Notes: generated by a model from the letters alone, not told the origin. Positions 30,963 to 45,619 are shown, numbered from the stretch's first letter. The stretch: 64,000 bases of DNA from Octopus vulgaris (GCA_951406725.2 OX597827.1:76942001-77006000), one strand, 5' to 3'. Numbers and translations are program-made.

Positions 30963-32034
30963 CTAGCTGACATACCTGATAATTCCCGGGAAAGCGGGGC
31001 TTATCCCTTGGTTCCGTTCTTATAATTGTGCCACTAATCCAATAACAACAATACAAAGAATGCATTTGCAAAGAATACCAAACTGTCTTACATAGGATCT
31101 TGTTTTTAGGAAATCCCAATAAGTTATGAATACCCAAATTGTTAAGTCAGTTATGTAATAACATGAAATTAGTTACCCGATAGTAAGAATTTAAATAATG
31201 TAGCCCCGAAAAGGGCTTTAATGCGTTCATAGAGTATATAGGACTTAGGAGGAAATACCAATAAGGTATGTATACCTTAATTGTGAGGCATGTTACATAA
31301 TAACAAGCTAATGAGATATGAGATAATAACAATTCAAAGTAAATAACTCTGAAAAGGGCTTTTGTGTGTTCCCAGAGAATATTACCCTCAGGGGCGCTAG
31401 TGTTCAAATAGATTTACAATGAATGTAGAATAGACTGACATTTAGCTTTACAGGAGACATACAAACAAATTTGCATATAGATTTAAAAATAAAATAATGT
31501 TGCCAGCCTCGCCTGGCCCCCGTGCCAGTGGCACGTAAAAAGCACCATCCATCCGTGGCCGTTTGTCAGCTCCGTCTGGCACCTGTGCGGGTGGCACATA
31601 AAAAGTACCCACTAAATAATAAAAACCTGATGATTTGGTGAATCTTATTAAGTTTGCAGAGCTTCTTGATAAACAACAATTTTGGTCTTTCCTTGTGGGG
31701 CATAAATAAACAAATGATTAGGATTGCCGACTCTTGAGCATCCTACATAAAGTTGGCCATGGGAGAAAACTGGTTCTGCAAGGTTCAGACCTACCACAGC
31801 CAAGGTCTGCCCTTGGGCCTTGTTAATGCTCCTTGCAAAGCTCAGTTCCAAAGGGAATTGCAGGTGCTTGCACTGGAAAGGCATATCCGAGGGAAGTCAT
31901 GGGCCATTGCAAAGCTTTGGTGGATTGAGATTTTGAAGCAGCAAAACTGGTGGCCCAATCTTAAGGTACAAGTTGTGAGGTGGGAGGCCTGGTGGTGTTA
32001 GACTATTCAAGGATTCAACTGGATAATTCACAGC
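30963..32034 (-). mobile_element. 3' remnant of an autonomous Helitron, interrupted by a family B fragment at about 31499-31613
   Basis: Minus-strand 3' end with imperfect hairpin followed by CTAG|T at 30963; helicase-coding fragment upstream. Confidence 0.75.
31648..32034 (-). pseudogene. Helitron RepHel PIF1-like helicase C-terminal fragment
   Basis: [77 protein letters not shown]...VFSHGQLYVGCSRV; matches PIF1/Helitron motifs; in-frame stop and an apparent internal deletion after CNG. Confidence 0.9.
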
Positions 32035-32269
32035 TTCTGTTGGCCTGCTCGCTTAGTCAACAGGGTGGTGTCATTTGAAGGCTAAAACAATGCAAAGCGC
32101 ATTGTTACCAGCGATGTATAGCAGCATCTGATAACCTGGTCAGTCACAATGATCACGGTGATATATATCTATATATATATATATACACACATTCAAAATG
32201 TGACCACGTGTGTATCATTGTCGATTTTTTTCCTCCGTCTTGCCTTCTTTGGATCTTTCCTTTTCCTAT

Positions 32270-32304
32270 GTTTCTGACGAAGAGCTCCGCTCGAAACGTT
32301 AAAT
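32270..32304 (+). ncRNA. Minimal type I hammerhead ribozyme, canonical core
   Basis: GTTT-CTGACGA-A-GAGC(TCC)GCTC-GAA-ACGT-T-AAAT, in element about 32190-32408 flanked by (TA)n. Confidence 0.78.
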
Positions 32305-32459
32305 CCTCCTTCTTTCTTTCCTTTCCTGAGCGTCCAATAATACTATACTTGTTCCACATCCTCGCGTTGTTGTGTTTTCTCTTTGTGTTTTCATGTTTGG
32401 ATTAACTATATATATATATATACACATATATACACAAGCATATATACTTATGAGTACCC

Positions 32460-33280
32460 CTCATTCATTGGACTATAAACTTGAGGCAAGTAAAATCAAA
32501 ATCAAAATTGCTGACGTGGCCGATGACAGTACCACCTGATTGGCACTTGTGCCAGTGGAACGTTAAAAGCACATCCGCGCATGATCGTTGCCATGGTCGT
32601 GGATTGGTTCCCATGCCGGTGGCACGTAAAAATCACCATTCGAGAGTGATCGTTGCCAGCATCGCCTTACCAACACATGGTGAGGGCGCGTGACTTAGTG
32701 GTTAGGGCATTCGGCTCATGATCGTAAGGTTGTGAGTTCGATTCCCGGCGACGCGTTGTGTCCTTGAGCAAGACACTTTATTTCACGCTGCTCCAGTCCA
32801 CTCAGCTGGCAAAAATGAGTTGTACTTGTATTTCAAAGGGTCAGCCTTGTCACTCTCTGTGTCACGCTGATTATCCCCGAGAACTACGTTAAGGGTACAC
32901 ATGTCTGTGGAATGCTCAGCCATTTGCACATTAATTTCACGAGCAAGCTGTTCCGTTGATCGTATCAGCTGGGACCCTCGTCGTCGTAACCGGCGGAGTC
33001 TTTTTTTACCAACACATGTGCTGGTGGTACATGAAAAAACAACATTTGAGCCTGGTCGTTTCCAGTGCCGCCTAACTAGCCCTTGTGCCAGTGGCATATA
33101 AAAGCACCCATTACACTCTCAGAGAGGTTGGCGTTAGGAAAGGCATCCCGCTGTAGAAACTTTGCCAGATTAGATTGGAGCTTGATACAGCCATCTGGTT
33201 CGCCAGTCCCCAGTCAAACTGTCCAACCCATGCCAGCATGGAAAGCAGACGTTAAACGACGACGATAATGATGATGATGA
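32460..33280 (+). mobile_element. SINE-like family B hosting a nested family E SINE
   Basis: Family B head at 32460; body resumes after 33018; (GAT)n tail. Confidence 0.8.
32680..33005 (+). mobile_element. tRNA-derived SINE, family E, full length with 13-bp TSD
   Basis: A-box TGACTTAGTGG, B-box GAGTTCGATTCCC; TTACCAACACATG duplicated at 32667-32679 and 33006-33018; partial copies at about 3640-3820 and 55470-55640. Confidence 0.9.
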
Positions 33281-33410
33281 TACATACATACATACATAAA
33301 TATATATATAGATTGTGTGTATATGTTAATATGTATACATACACATATATATATCTGTATATATACATATATACATTCATATATATATATACAAATACTT
33401 ATATATATAC

Positions 33411-33473
<63 letters not shown>

Positions 33474-33505
33474 CATACATACACATATATATATACTATA
33501 TATAT

Positions 33506-33579
<74 letters not shown>

Positions 33580-34722
33580 CTATATATACATATATATATA
33601 TGGATGCACTTGTGTATTGAGTTTCTGTTTTCCTTCTTTGTCCCACCAAACATGTGCCTGGCTCTGTTTGTGTGTGTGTGTATGCTTGTGTCTGAGCATA
33701 CGCATGTGTGTGTGCCTGTTTGTATGTGTGTGTGTTTGTGTGTATACAATGACAGAGTGTATTCCTTTATCTCTGTTAACATAGATACATGCCACACCTA
33801 TGTTATATACACCTATCACCTCCATACACAACACACCACACCTCTACACTTGATCACTGTACATACATTCCTTAGCATAGAGAAGTGTCACACACACAAA
33901 CACACACACACACACACACATACACACACACATAAACACACACCCAAACACACAGATGCAAACACACACACAGCTAAAAACACACACGCACGAACACACA
34001 CACATAAACACACAAACACGCGCACACGCGTAAACTCACACGCATAAGCACACGCACAAACACACACACACATAAACACACACACACAAACACACACACA
34101 CACACACACGCGCACGCATAAACACCCACACACACATAAACACATGCACGAACACATAAACACACACACATAAATACACACAAACACACGTAAACACATG
34201 CACAAACACACACACATACAAACACACACACACACACATCTGTAGTGAAAATAAAGGATTATACTCCAGGTTCTGTCTTGTGAATCACACATTATTATTA
34301 TTGAATTGAAGGCTTCTTCGTCTGTTGGTTTTGAGTTCAAATTCAGCTGAGGTTGACTTTTGGACTTGATAAAATAAATACCAGTTGAGCATTGGGGGCC
34401 GTTGTAATCGACGTACCACCTCCCTAAAATTGCTGGCCTTGGGCCAAAATTTAAAACCATTATTATTATGGAGTAAAGATTTTTGCCAACATAACATGGC
34501 AGTCCTGGTTTAGGATGAATGTTACTGTAATTTAGCCCCAGGAGACATCGTCTCCAGGTGGCTGTACGATACAATCTGTCTCCTTATATTTTTGAACAAG
34601 GGAATCTAGCACCTCCACTCAGCTCAAAACAATATCTGTGTCCTAAACCAGGACTGCCATGTCCCGGGTTTTAAATCCAGTATAGTAGAAAATAGGAAAA
34701 CTGAACATCAATATCTTGAAGT

Positions 34723-34807
34723 CTTCTACATACGTTTCGACGGATGCACTCCAGAAATGTCTCACAGGATAAATTATGGTCAGCAAGGCATCACTCTCAT
34801 CAGGAAG
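34723..34807 (-). ncRNA. Type I hammerhead ribozyme with long stem-loop II
   Basis: Minus strand CUUC-CUGAUGA-GAguGAUGC...GCAUCcgUC-GAA-ACGUAUGU-A-GAAG; truncated inverted relative at about 36605-36692. Confidence 0.72.
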
Positions 34808-35005
34808 GATATAAATAACAAACTCATCAAACGGACAGACATGTTAACAGAAATAGAAAATTCTATAAAATGTAACGTATTTCTATTCATATGCACACAC
34901 GCATACACACAATCAAATATGTGACATGTAAACATAAACATGATATACGTCCCAAAAAACACAAACCTGTCCAAACACATATACATACGCACTCATTAAT
35001 ATAAA

Positions 35006-35065
<60 letters not shown>

Positions 35066-35097
35066 AATAGACATATATGTATATATACATATATATA

Positions 35098-35135
<38 letters not shown>

Positions 35136-35160
35136 TATGTATTGTGATATTTTTATTAAA

Positions 35161-35252
35161 GTCTCATTTATATCTATATATTGACCAACCATAAAGGGCT
35201 AATATTGGTAAAATGAGACATAATTATCGACATGCCCGAAACAGCTGTAAGA
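35161..35252 (+). ncRNA. Hammerhead 3' half whose core is replaced by a short inverted duplication
   Basis: GGGC...GCCC-GAA-ACAGCTGT-A-AGA; 35161-35186 is an imperfect inverted copy of 35197-35219. Confidence 0.5.
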
Positions 35253-35498
35253 TCTAATGTATGTTTATATTTATATTTACTTGTATTTATATTCTTTTTT
35301 ATATATATTCTAATTATTATACGACACTACTCTTTTATGTACACTTTTTTATGTACATTCCTTTATGTACACTGATTTGTTCTGCTTTTTATATTTAACC
35401 CTACAGTCTCTTATGTGGTGGTTTAATAAAGCATGTGATTGAGTATTATCTGGTAATTGATATTTGATTTAGATGTATTTCTCCATTTTCTTATCTTG

Positions 35499-35596
<98 letters not shown>

Positions 35597-35654
35597 TATA
35601 AGTTACACAAAAATCAGAACCTGCCTGCAGCTCTTGGTGGTCCAAATTGGAGGG

Positions 35655-35780
35655 ACAATCTATGTGGGTGTCTTTTCAAAATATTGACAAGTTTAAAAAG
35701 CCACATCAGATGCCATGATGGTGCTAAGGTGTCGGTACAGGAGGTGGTCAAACTCTGCATAAGGAGTAGACAACCACCAT
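35655..35780 (+). mobile_element. Possible non-LTR retrotransposon 3' end (C2H2-like motif)
   Basis: Translates [20 protein letters not shown], resembling the terminal zinc finger of some RTE-type ORF2 proteins; short, no flanking exon signals. Confidence 0.4.
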
Positions 35781-36246
35781 ATATATATAAATATATATAT
35801 ATACGTACATATACACATATATATATTTTTAAATATATATATTTAAATAGATACACACATAGGTAGAAATATACTCACACACATATGCATGTATATTTAT
35901 ACATATACTCATACATATTTTTGCACCAACAACATAGAAACATACTTCTACGGAAGTATATGTTTATGATCACATACCTATATACACATAAATAAACGAT
36001 CGTATACATACACAAAAGCACACACATCCTAAAATATCAACAGACCCAAACACATAGTTGTATACACATATACACACTTACTTAAGCGCATATACGTTGT
36101 TGTGCATTTGCAAGATACTTACATACAAACAGGGGATGTTAGGAATTTAAAATGATGTTATTGAATCGAACCAGATATTGAGAGAGAAAGGAGAAGATGT
36201 ATAGAAAGACTGGGAGGGGGAAAGAAAGGAAGGTAACACAAAGTAA

Positions 36247-36289
<43 letters not shown>

Positions 36290-36693
36290 GGGGCAAATTG
36301 TAAATATAAAAAAAAATGCATGAAAAGAAAGGAAAGAAGGGGAGAGGGAGGAAAAATTATGGGAAGTAAGATGGAAGAAAAAAATAAAAGAAAATTTGTA
36401 GAAATTATTCTTAGGTTATGGGAGTTCACACACATAGAGAAGGGTCCACACATTCCAAAACATCCACAGACACAAACACACTATAGCACAACCATACACA
36501 CACTTACTAAGCAAATATATATTATTGAGCACACTGAAAATATACATACATACGATAGCAAAACGTGGTTATATACACATATACATAGCCAGGTAGTAAT
36601 TTAAAAATTTCTATTTCTGTTAACATGTCTGTCTAATAAGTTTGTTATTTTTATCCTCCCTGATAAGATTGATGCACTGTTGACCATAATTTA

Positions 36694-36732
<39 letters not shown>

Positions 36733-37238
36733 TATATGGTCAATTTGCAAATTTGTGTCAAATAATTTTGTGTAGATATAAGGGTACAAATAGGCCAAAA
36801 ATCACATAAAATGTGGTTCTACATAATTTGGAGAAAAGAAAAAAGGTTTATGTTGTAACAGATAAGTGAAAGCTCATATGTGAAAATCGTAGCAATATAA
36901 AGCAAAAGAAACAACAATCAAAGGAGTGTGCAATCAAAAGAGTGTTCACCAAAGTGAGAAACAGAAGAGAATCTGATGTTTTGGGGGATTACTTTTTCGA
37001 AATACAAGTACTACTCAATTTTGCCAGCTGAATGGAATGGACCAACATGAAGTAGAAAGTCTTGCTCAAGGACAAAATGCACTACATGTGCATTGGGCAT
37101 GTTAGAACTGTCTAACCATCCAATCTATGAAGGAATAGACAACAGACAGTGAACAATTCTTTTATTCTTTTATTCTTTCATTTGTTTCAGTCATTTGACT
37201 GTGGCCATGCTGGAGCTCTGCCTTTAGTCAAACAAATC

Positions 37239-37352
<114 letters not shown>

Positions 37353-37688
37353 TAACATCATATATGTATATGTACATATGTATATATTTATATAGAGACA
37401 CTTACGCAAGACAAACACATACGCACCCAGTCTGCCACATTGAAGCACATATATACACATCACTAAACACATGCACACCAGGCATGTATATATACACATA
37501 TATACACCAAGTACACACATGCAAGATATCATCACAGTTATCAGCTGCCACATCTGAAATACTATACTCAGTAATATATATATATATATATATATATATA
37601 CACCTCATTTTACATAGATACATACATATGTGTGTGTGTGTGTGTGCGTGTATGCATGTATGTATGCATGTAAGTATATGTATATGTA

Positions 37689-37729
<41 letters not shown>

Positions 37730-37807
37730 ATATATGTAAATGTGTATACATATGTATGTAGGTATGCATATAGATGTATATATATGTGTGTGTATATATA
37801 TATATAT

Positions 37808-37850
<43 letters not shown>

Positions 37851-38228
37851 CATACACAGATCACACTACATTCACACACACACACATGCACACACATGCA
37901 CACACACACACAGGCACACATGCACAGTTCATGCTCCAAACAAACACTAGACACACATGCATCACACTGCACACACACACTGCACACACACACACACTTA
38001 TACACATACATACACACAGCAACATATCACACACACACGCACACACGATGACACCGCTGGAGCAGCCCCACCCCCACGGTCACCCCTCCCTCGCACCCAC
38101 CCACACACCCATTCTCGTCCCACATGCCTCATTAATGTTTCATTATTAACTGCCTCAAACTATCTCCAGCTCTTGTCTGACTGTCTGTCTGTCTGTCCGA
38201 ATGCATGCCTGCCCGTCTGTAAAGGAGT

Positions 38229-38304
<76 letters not shown>

Positions 38305-38459
38305 CATAAAATAAGCATGAATACGCACGTACACATTTACACACACAATACAGATATCTAACTCTACATATGAACCTGCGATATACACACATATTTATGT
38401 AGCTATAGAAATATATCTATAACTACGAAATATGTACTTGTGTGTGAGTGTGTGAATAT

Positions 38460-39100
<641 letters not shown>

Positions 39101-39581
39101 TATGTATATATGTGTGGATGAGTGTGAATATATATATATAGAAAGATAGATAGATAGATATGCATACATGGATGTATGTGTGTGTGTGTGTGTGCGCGCA
39201 CTGGCACATATGTGCGTATGTATTTCTGAATATACCACCTTTGAAATCACAATCAGAATCATTTTATTGTACCAGTCTGATAATTTAGAGGAGGCCTTTA
39301 GTGGTTTGACTGCCTCCCTAAAAAAAATCAGAAACATAAAAGGGATTTCTGAAAAATGAAAAAAAAATGTCAGATGGACTCCTAATGGCGAAACCGGACC
39401 TCAGCCAGCCAACCATTCAAGCATACACTCAGGGTCAATCAGCTGTGACAAACTCAATCATCGACCGACTTCCAGCCATAAAACAACCACAAAACTGAAA
39501 GTAAATAAATATAAGGTGTTGCTCCAGCATGATCGCAGTCCTAAGACTGAAACTGTTAAAAGAATCAATGAATATATACAT

Positions 39582-39617
<36 letters not shown>

Positions 39618-39621
39618 GTCG

Positions 39622-39671
<50 letters not shown>

Positions 39672-40084
39672 GTCGTCGTCATTGTCATTTGATGTCCATT
39701 TTCCATGCTGGCATGAGTTGGACAGTTTGACATGAGCTGGCAAGGCCAGGAGCCCCTCTAGGGTCCAGTTCCCTGTCTTGGCATGGTTTCTACAGCTGGA
39801 TGTCCTTCCTAATGCCAACCACTTTACAGTGTCTACTGGGGGCTTTTTATATGATACCATCACCAGTATTTTACTTGTGGCTCCGAATCTGACAATATAT
39901 ATATATATAATTAGGGTGCAGCAAAAAAATTTACTTTACCACACACCAAACTTTTAGAAATAGCAGCCAAAGAATTTAGCTATTTCCTCTACTATAAGAA
40001 GAGTCTCCCAGACAATGTATACTCAAAAACAATTCACGTAAGCATAGAGGGAAAAATAATGAAAGATCACTCGAAAATCAATTA

Positions 40085-40167
40085 CTTGTGAACGTGTTTC
40101 TGGGTTAGTTAGATATAGAGATGCTAGAAATACATACCTATTCCAACATTCCTGTCATCAGTCCAAG
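40085..40167 (-). ncRNA. Degenerate hammerhead-like motif
   Basis: Minus strand CUUGGA-CUGAUGA-(long)-GAA-ACACGU-U-CACAAG; stems I and II imperfect. Confidence 0.3.
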
Positions 40168-40202
40168 ATTTCGTTAAATTTAAATTTGAGAGCACTGAAC
40201 CC

Positions 40203-40248
<46 letters not shown>

Positions 40249-40340
40249 TAGTGAGAATTTACAAAAAAAAAAACAAAAGATGAAGACAGGTGTGTAAGCA
40301 ATAAACAGATGTATTAGTTTAACACTTGGGAAGAGAGAAA

Positions 40341-40378
40341 GTCTTTTACATTTCGAGCCTACGCTCTTTGGCAGAAAG
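40341..40378 (-). ncRNA. Decayed GAGC/GCTC hammerhead motif
   Basis: Minus strand CUUU-CUGCCAA-A-GAGC(GUAG)GCUC-GAA-AUGU-A-AAAG, in element about 40250-40432. Confidence 0.5.
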
Positions 40379-40432
40379 GAACACAGAAATAAACAAGGAG
40401 AGAAAATAGAAAAAGGCTAGCGATCTATCATA

Positions 40433-40472
<40 letters not shown>

Positions 40473-40599
40473 TGGTCATTCCAAGTATAGAGTTTGCACA
40501 CAGTGCTATTGAATCAAGGGTTTTATTTGAAGTGTAACAGTGTTTACCATCTTTATTACCTACATGTTGATGCTAAGAAAAAAGTTAGACAAAAGAAGA

Positions 40600-40800
40600 A
40601 TCAGGAGTAGATTACAAGAGAGAAGACCGTGGTGATATGGTCATGTGATGAATGATCCAAATGCTACATGTGACTGTAACCTGTAGAAGAGGAAGACCAA
40701 AGAAGAAGCACCATGTGGTAACGGAGACTGATCTCATGGAGGAAATGACAAAGGTCTGAGACGACCAGCAAATCACTGTGTGCCAAGAAGACTGTCATGG
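40600..40800 (+). mobile_element. Decayed RTE-type LINE 3' coding fragment
   Basis: Frameshifted YGHVM and RRGRPKK motifs, typical of the RTE ORF2 C-terminus. Confidence 0.5.
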
Positions 40801-41446
40801 CAAAATTGGGGTCCTCAAAGCATTACGTTTACATCTACAGGCACACAACTAGCTCCATCCCCACCCCCACACCCACTGCTACCAGGACCCTACATCACTC
40901 AGCACCCAATATGCCTCTGCCAAACCTTCTCCACTCCCTCGTCTTCTTATAACCCATCCCTCCATCATTCCTCTGACCATGGCACTATTCAGCTGCTATA
41001 ATTTTATGAGAACAGAACAATGTACTTCTGCCCACATTTGTGCTGCCCTGGGACCGCTATCCCCTTGTCTCTCATTTCCCATTCTCCATATTATCCTATC
41101 CCACTTTATTTTCCCACTGGTCACCCCTAGCTGTGTCACCAGTTATCTCCCCCTTTGCCCCCCTCAGCTACATCTCATTCATATCTCATTCCCAAAGCCC
41201 TCTCACACCAGCCACTGACTGCCCTCACCACTTCTTTTCATCACTCCCTTACATCTCTCAGATCAACATCTCTATCACTGCACCTCCCTCTCTTCACTCT
41301 CCGTCTCTTTCCACTCTCCCCCTCTCCCTTTCTCTCTATTTCTCTCCCTTTATATATATATCAGATGTTGCTACACATCGCTGGTCACAATGCGCTTCAC
41401 ATTGTTTTAGCCTTCATATGATGCCACCCCGCTGGCTAAGCGAGCA

Positions 41447-41504
<58 letters not shown>

Positions 41505-41527
41505 CATACATACATATATACATATAT

Positions 41528-41575
<48 letters not shown>

Positions 41576-41650
41576 TCATATACATGCATATATATATATA
41601 TATATATATATATACTCATATACATGCATATATATATATATATATATATG

Positions 41651-41696
<46 letters not shown>

Positions 41697-41711
41697 CATA
41701 TATACATATAT

Positions 41712-41757
<46 letters not shown>

Positions 41758-41836
41758 TAAATATTAGGGAATAAATCCAAATTTACAGGGAAAAAAAATC
41801 AGATTTAGGATTAAATCCAATTTTATAGTAAAATAT

Positions 41837-42152
41837 TATAAAATATTATTAGAGACAAAACCACTATTTTGCAAAACAAACAAGGAAAGACTTAATCAAT
41901 ACATAAAATTTTAATAAATAGTCAAAAAAACCACCACTACAATCGTTTCTTGTCTTGATCGACAATCTTCAGGTGGACTTCCAATAAGTCAATTTCAAAT
42001 TATGAAGTCATAATTTGAAATTGACTTAGAAGATTGTCGATCAAGACAAGAAACGATTGTAGTGGCGGTTTTTTTGACTATTTATTAAAATTTTATGTAT
42101 TGATTAAGTCTTTCCTTGTTTGTTTTGCAAAATAGTGGTTTTGTCTCTAATA

Positions 42153-42162
<10 letters not shown>
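41837..42162. repeat. Near-perfect ~133-bp inverted repeat with an inner 21-bp palindrome, flanked by (TA)n
   Basis: 41837-41970 is the reverse complement of 42029-42162; inner TAAGTCAATTTCAAATTATGA-AG-TCATAATTTGAAATTGACTTA. Confidence 0.95.
41934..41976 (-). ncRNA. Minimal type I hammerhead ribozyme, fully canonical
   Basis: Minus strand CCAC-CUGAAGA-UUGUC(GAUCAA)GACAA-GAA-ACGAUUGU-A-GUGG; predicted cut between 41938 and 41937. Confidence 0.85.
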
Positions 42163-42184
<22 letters not shown>

Positions 42185-42194
42185 CTCATATACA

Positions 42195-42233
<39 letters not shown>

Positions 42234-43450
42234 TGTGCTTTAGAAGACATGTCTAGCCAACAAGTGAAATCGTAGTCGTGTCTGATACTGGTGTCATGTA
42301 ACAGGCAGCCATGCCCGTTTGAGTGCTGGGCCTCATGGAAGTCACGTGACCAATGCCAGTGTCACCTAAAAACATCCGTACGGAGCTGACATAAGACTTC
42401 AGTAGAGACATGTAGAGAAACTCCACCAAAAACTAAGAATACCCCACATGTTATTTCCATCTCTTCAGTGTTCTGTAGTGATCGGTAGATAAAATTAGGG
42501 TTCATCACAGAGTTTAAAAGAGGGTCTAAACTTCATCAGAGAGTTTAAAAGAGGGTCTATGAGGTTCAGAGGGCTAATGTATGTATATATAAAATTACAT
42601 ATGCACACTCATATATACATATATATATGACAGGCTTCTTACAGTTTCCATCTAGCAAATCCACACACAAGGCCCGAGGTTATAGTAGAAGACACTTGCC
42701 CAAAGTGCCACGCAGTGGGACTGAACCCGGAGCCATGTGGTTGGGAAGCAAGCTTCTTACCACACAGCCATTCCTGCGTTTATATATATATCCATATTTT
42801 CTTGTTTTGCAGGTTACTTGTCAACCTCAAGACATTTATACGGCATCCAGGACGTTCTGTGAAGTGGTGGCCATTAAGAAGGACGTCAAGACATAGCAGC
42901 AATGCCAAAGGTGACACTCGTGCTTGTTGCGGCCCCCGCGACTCACTGCATCCTGCCAAACCACCCAACCCAGATCAGCATGGGAGACATGCATGAAATG
43001 ATGTTGAGGAGGATAATAAAGAAGAATATGAGTGCGTGTGTGTTTGTGTGTGCATGTTTTATCTATTATAGTTAACCTTTTAATTGTTTCAATCATTAGA
43101 CTGTGGCCATGCTGGGGCACCAACTTGAAGAAACTTTAGCCCAATGAATCAAACCCAGTACTTATATATATATATATATATATTGGCGTTAGGAAGGGCA
43201 TCAAGCCGTAGAAACACTGCCAGATCTGACTGGGCCTGGTGCAGCCTTCTGGCTTCACAGACCCCAGTTGAACCGTCCAACCCATGCTAGCAGGGAAAAC
43301 AGACATTAAACGATGATGATGATGATGATATAAGTACTGGGTTTGATTCATTTGACTATATATATATGTATGTATGTATGTATGTATATATATATACATA
43401 CATATATATATATATATGTATATACATAAAAATATATATATATATATATG

Positions 43451-43485
<35 letters not shown>

Positions 43486-43730
43486 TTGTGTATGTATATA
43501 TATATATATACACATACATATATATATATACATGTATATATATATATATATGTGTGTATATATATATATATTTAAGTAGGTGAATGAATTATCCAATGTT
43601 TATCGTCAGCATGGAAAATTCGTTTAACCGAAACCTGGGTAGCAAATTCACGTCAGAAAACACGGTTGAAGCTTTGTTTACCATGTAGGCAATCATCGAA
43701 ATTTTTGTTTGTCTTGTTGTCGAGAGAGGC

Positions 43731-43826
43731 TCCTTTTCTTTCCTGATGAGAAGATTGCATAATGCACCCTTTATTCCTTCGGAATGAAAATATGCTGTCT
43801 TCGAAACATGTGTCGAGAGTAAAGGA
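43731..43826 (+). ncRNA. Type I hammerhead ribozyme, canonical, GUC cleavage site
   Basis: TCCTTTTCTTTC-CTGATGA-GAAGA...TCTTC-GAA-ACATGTGT-C-GAGAGTAAAGGA; 11 of 12 positions paired in stem I; predicted cut after 43814. Confidence 0.85.
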
Positions 43827-43861
43827 ATTTTGTTAACATCTTCGTTCAACTCCATTCTTTC

Positions 43862-43913
<52 letters not shown>

Positions 43914-43975
43914 ATATATACTTTATTCAAAGCTGCAGAAACAGCATATTAAATAAAGCATATTACTCTACCACT

Positions 43976-44023
<48 letters not shown>

Positions 44024-44034
44024 GTATATATATA

Positions 44035-44084
<50 letters not shown>

Positions 44085-44659
44085 TATATACATATATAAG
44101 TTTATATATACACACACATATATATATATGTGTGTATGTATATATACATGCAGACGTAGAGACTGAGACAGAGAGGGGAGGGGGTTGACAAAGGTCCTTG
44201 TCACAAATGGTGAGACATTGTGCTGGAACAGACTGGTTGAAGAATTTGCTAGCATGAAAAAAACACATGTAAAGGGATTGATGATGATGGTGATGATGAT
44301 GATGATGATGATGATATGTATGTGTGTGTGTGTATGCGTGTGTGTGTGTAACTTAGACAACTGAGATCCCCACCACCCCCACCACCGCCAACACCACCAC
44401 CACCACCACCACCACCACCAACATCCACTACCACCACCACCACCACCACCGCCACCACTACCACTACCACCACCAACATCACTGCCACCATCACCATCAC
44501 CACTACCACCACCAACATCACTGCCACCATCACCACCACCACCACCACCAACACGCCCTAGTGTCAGACTTCATCTCACAGTAAACCAAATGTTTTTATT
44601 TCCTGTATGATTCATACCAACAGAGACCATCACTGGTTTACCAACTCTACACCATAGCA

Positions 44660-44701
<42 letters not shown>

Positions 44702-44905
44702 TGGAGAGATAGAGATATAACTATATAGATAATGTGTGTGCATGAGTGTGTGTGTGTGAGTGTGTGTGTGTGCGCGTGTGTGTGTGTGTGTCCATACACA
44801 TGTTCATATATAGATTGGTATATACGTATAAGTACATCTACATTATACATATGTATATATGTGTTTGTGTGTATATATATATGTGTGTGTATGTATCTAT
44901 ATATG

Positions 44906-44959
<54 letters not shown>

Positions 44960-45619
44960 TAGATAGATAGATAGATATATATACATATACATATACATAT
45001 GCATATATATATATATATGTATATATATACATACATACATGCATATATATATATATATGCACATACACACACACATGATACATATATATATATATACATT
45101 ACTATCCTTTTGTGTCTATCTTCTATGCTTACATACTTTACATACACATACATCGACTTATGTACACATACATACATTTATATACATCACCATCATCATC
45201 ATCATCATCACCATCATCATCATCACCATCATCATAATCATCATCATCATCACCATCATCATCACCATCATCCTTCTCATGATTTAACCACCCTCTTACA
45301 TGCTGCTGCTGCCACTTGGGTTGTTCAACAGGATCCAACGAACTCAATTGGGGGTTTGGGGGAATCCCTTATTCATTCTGGAGTCTACTTTGGCCAGGCC
45401 ACCACCGCCACAGAATGCTCTTCCAAACGCCAAGCCCTTTCCATAGAGTGCTGGATGATACTTGCTCTACAGCTGGTTGCCATGTAAATTGCAGGACATG
45501 AGAACTGACCCCCTCAGCTGAGTAGGAGAAAAATAGAGAGGAAACTGGATCTGTGTCAAATGTTGAGATGTTAAGGTCTGAAAGAAGGGACAGGACCCAG
45601 TCTTTTGTTGTAGGTGATA

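Noticed and set aside
43589-43855. 88-aa non-repetitive ORF on the minus strand
   Set aside because: No recognisable motif; antisense to the hammerhead island and better explained as chance
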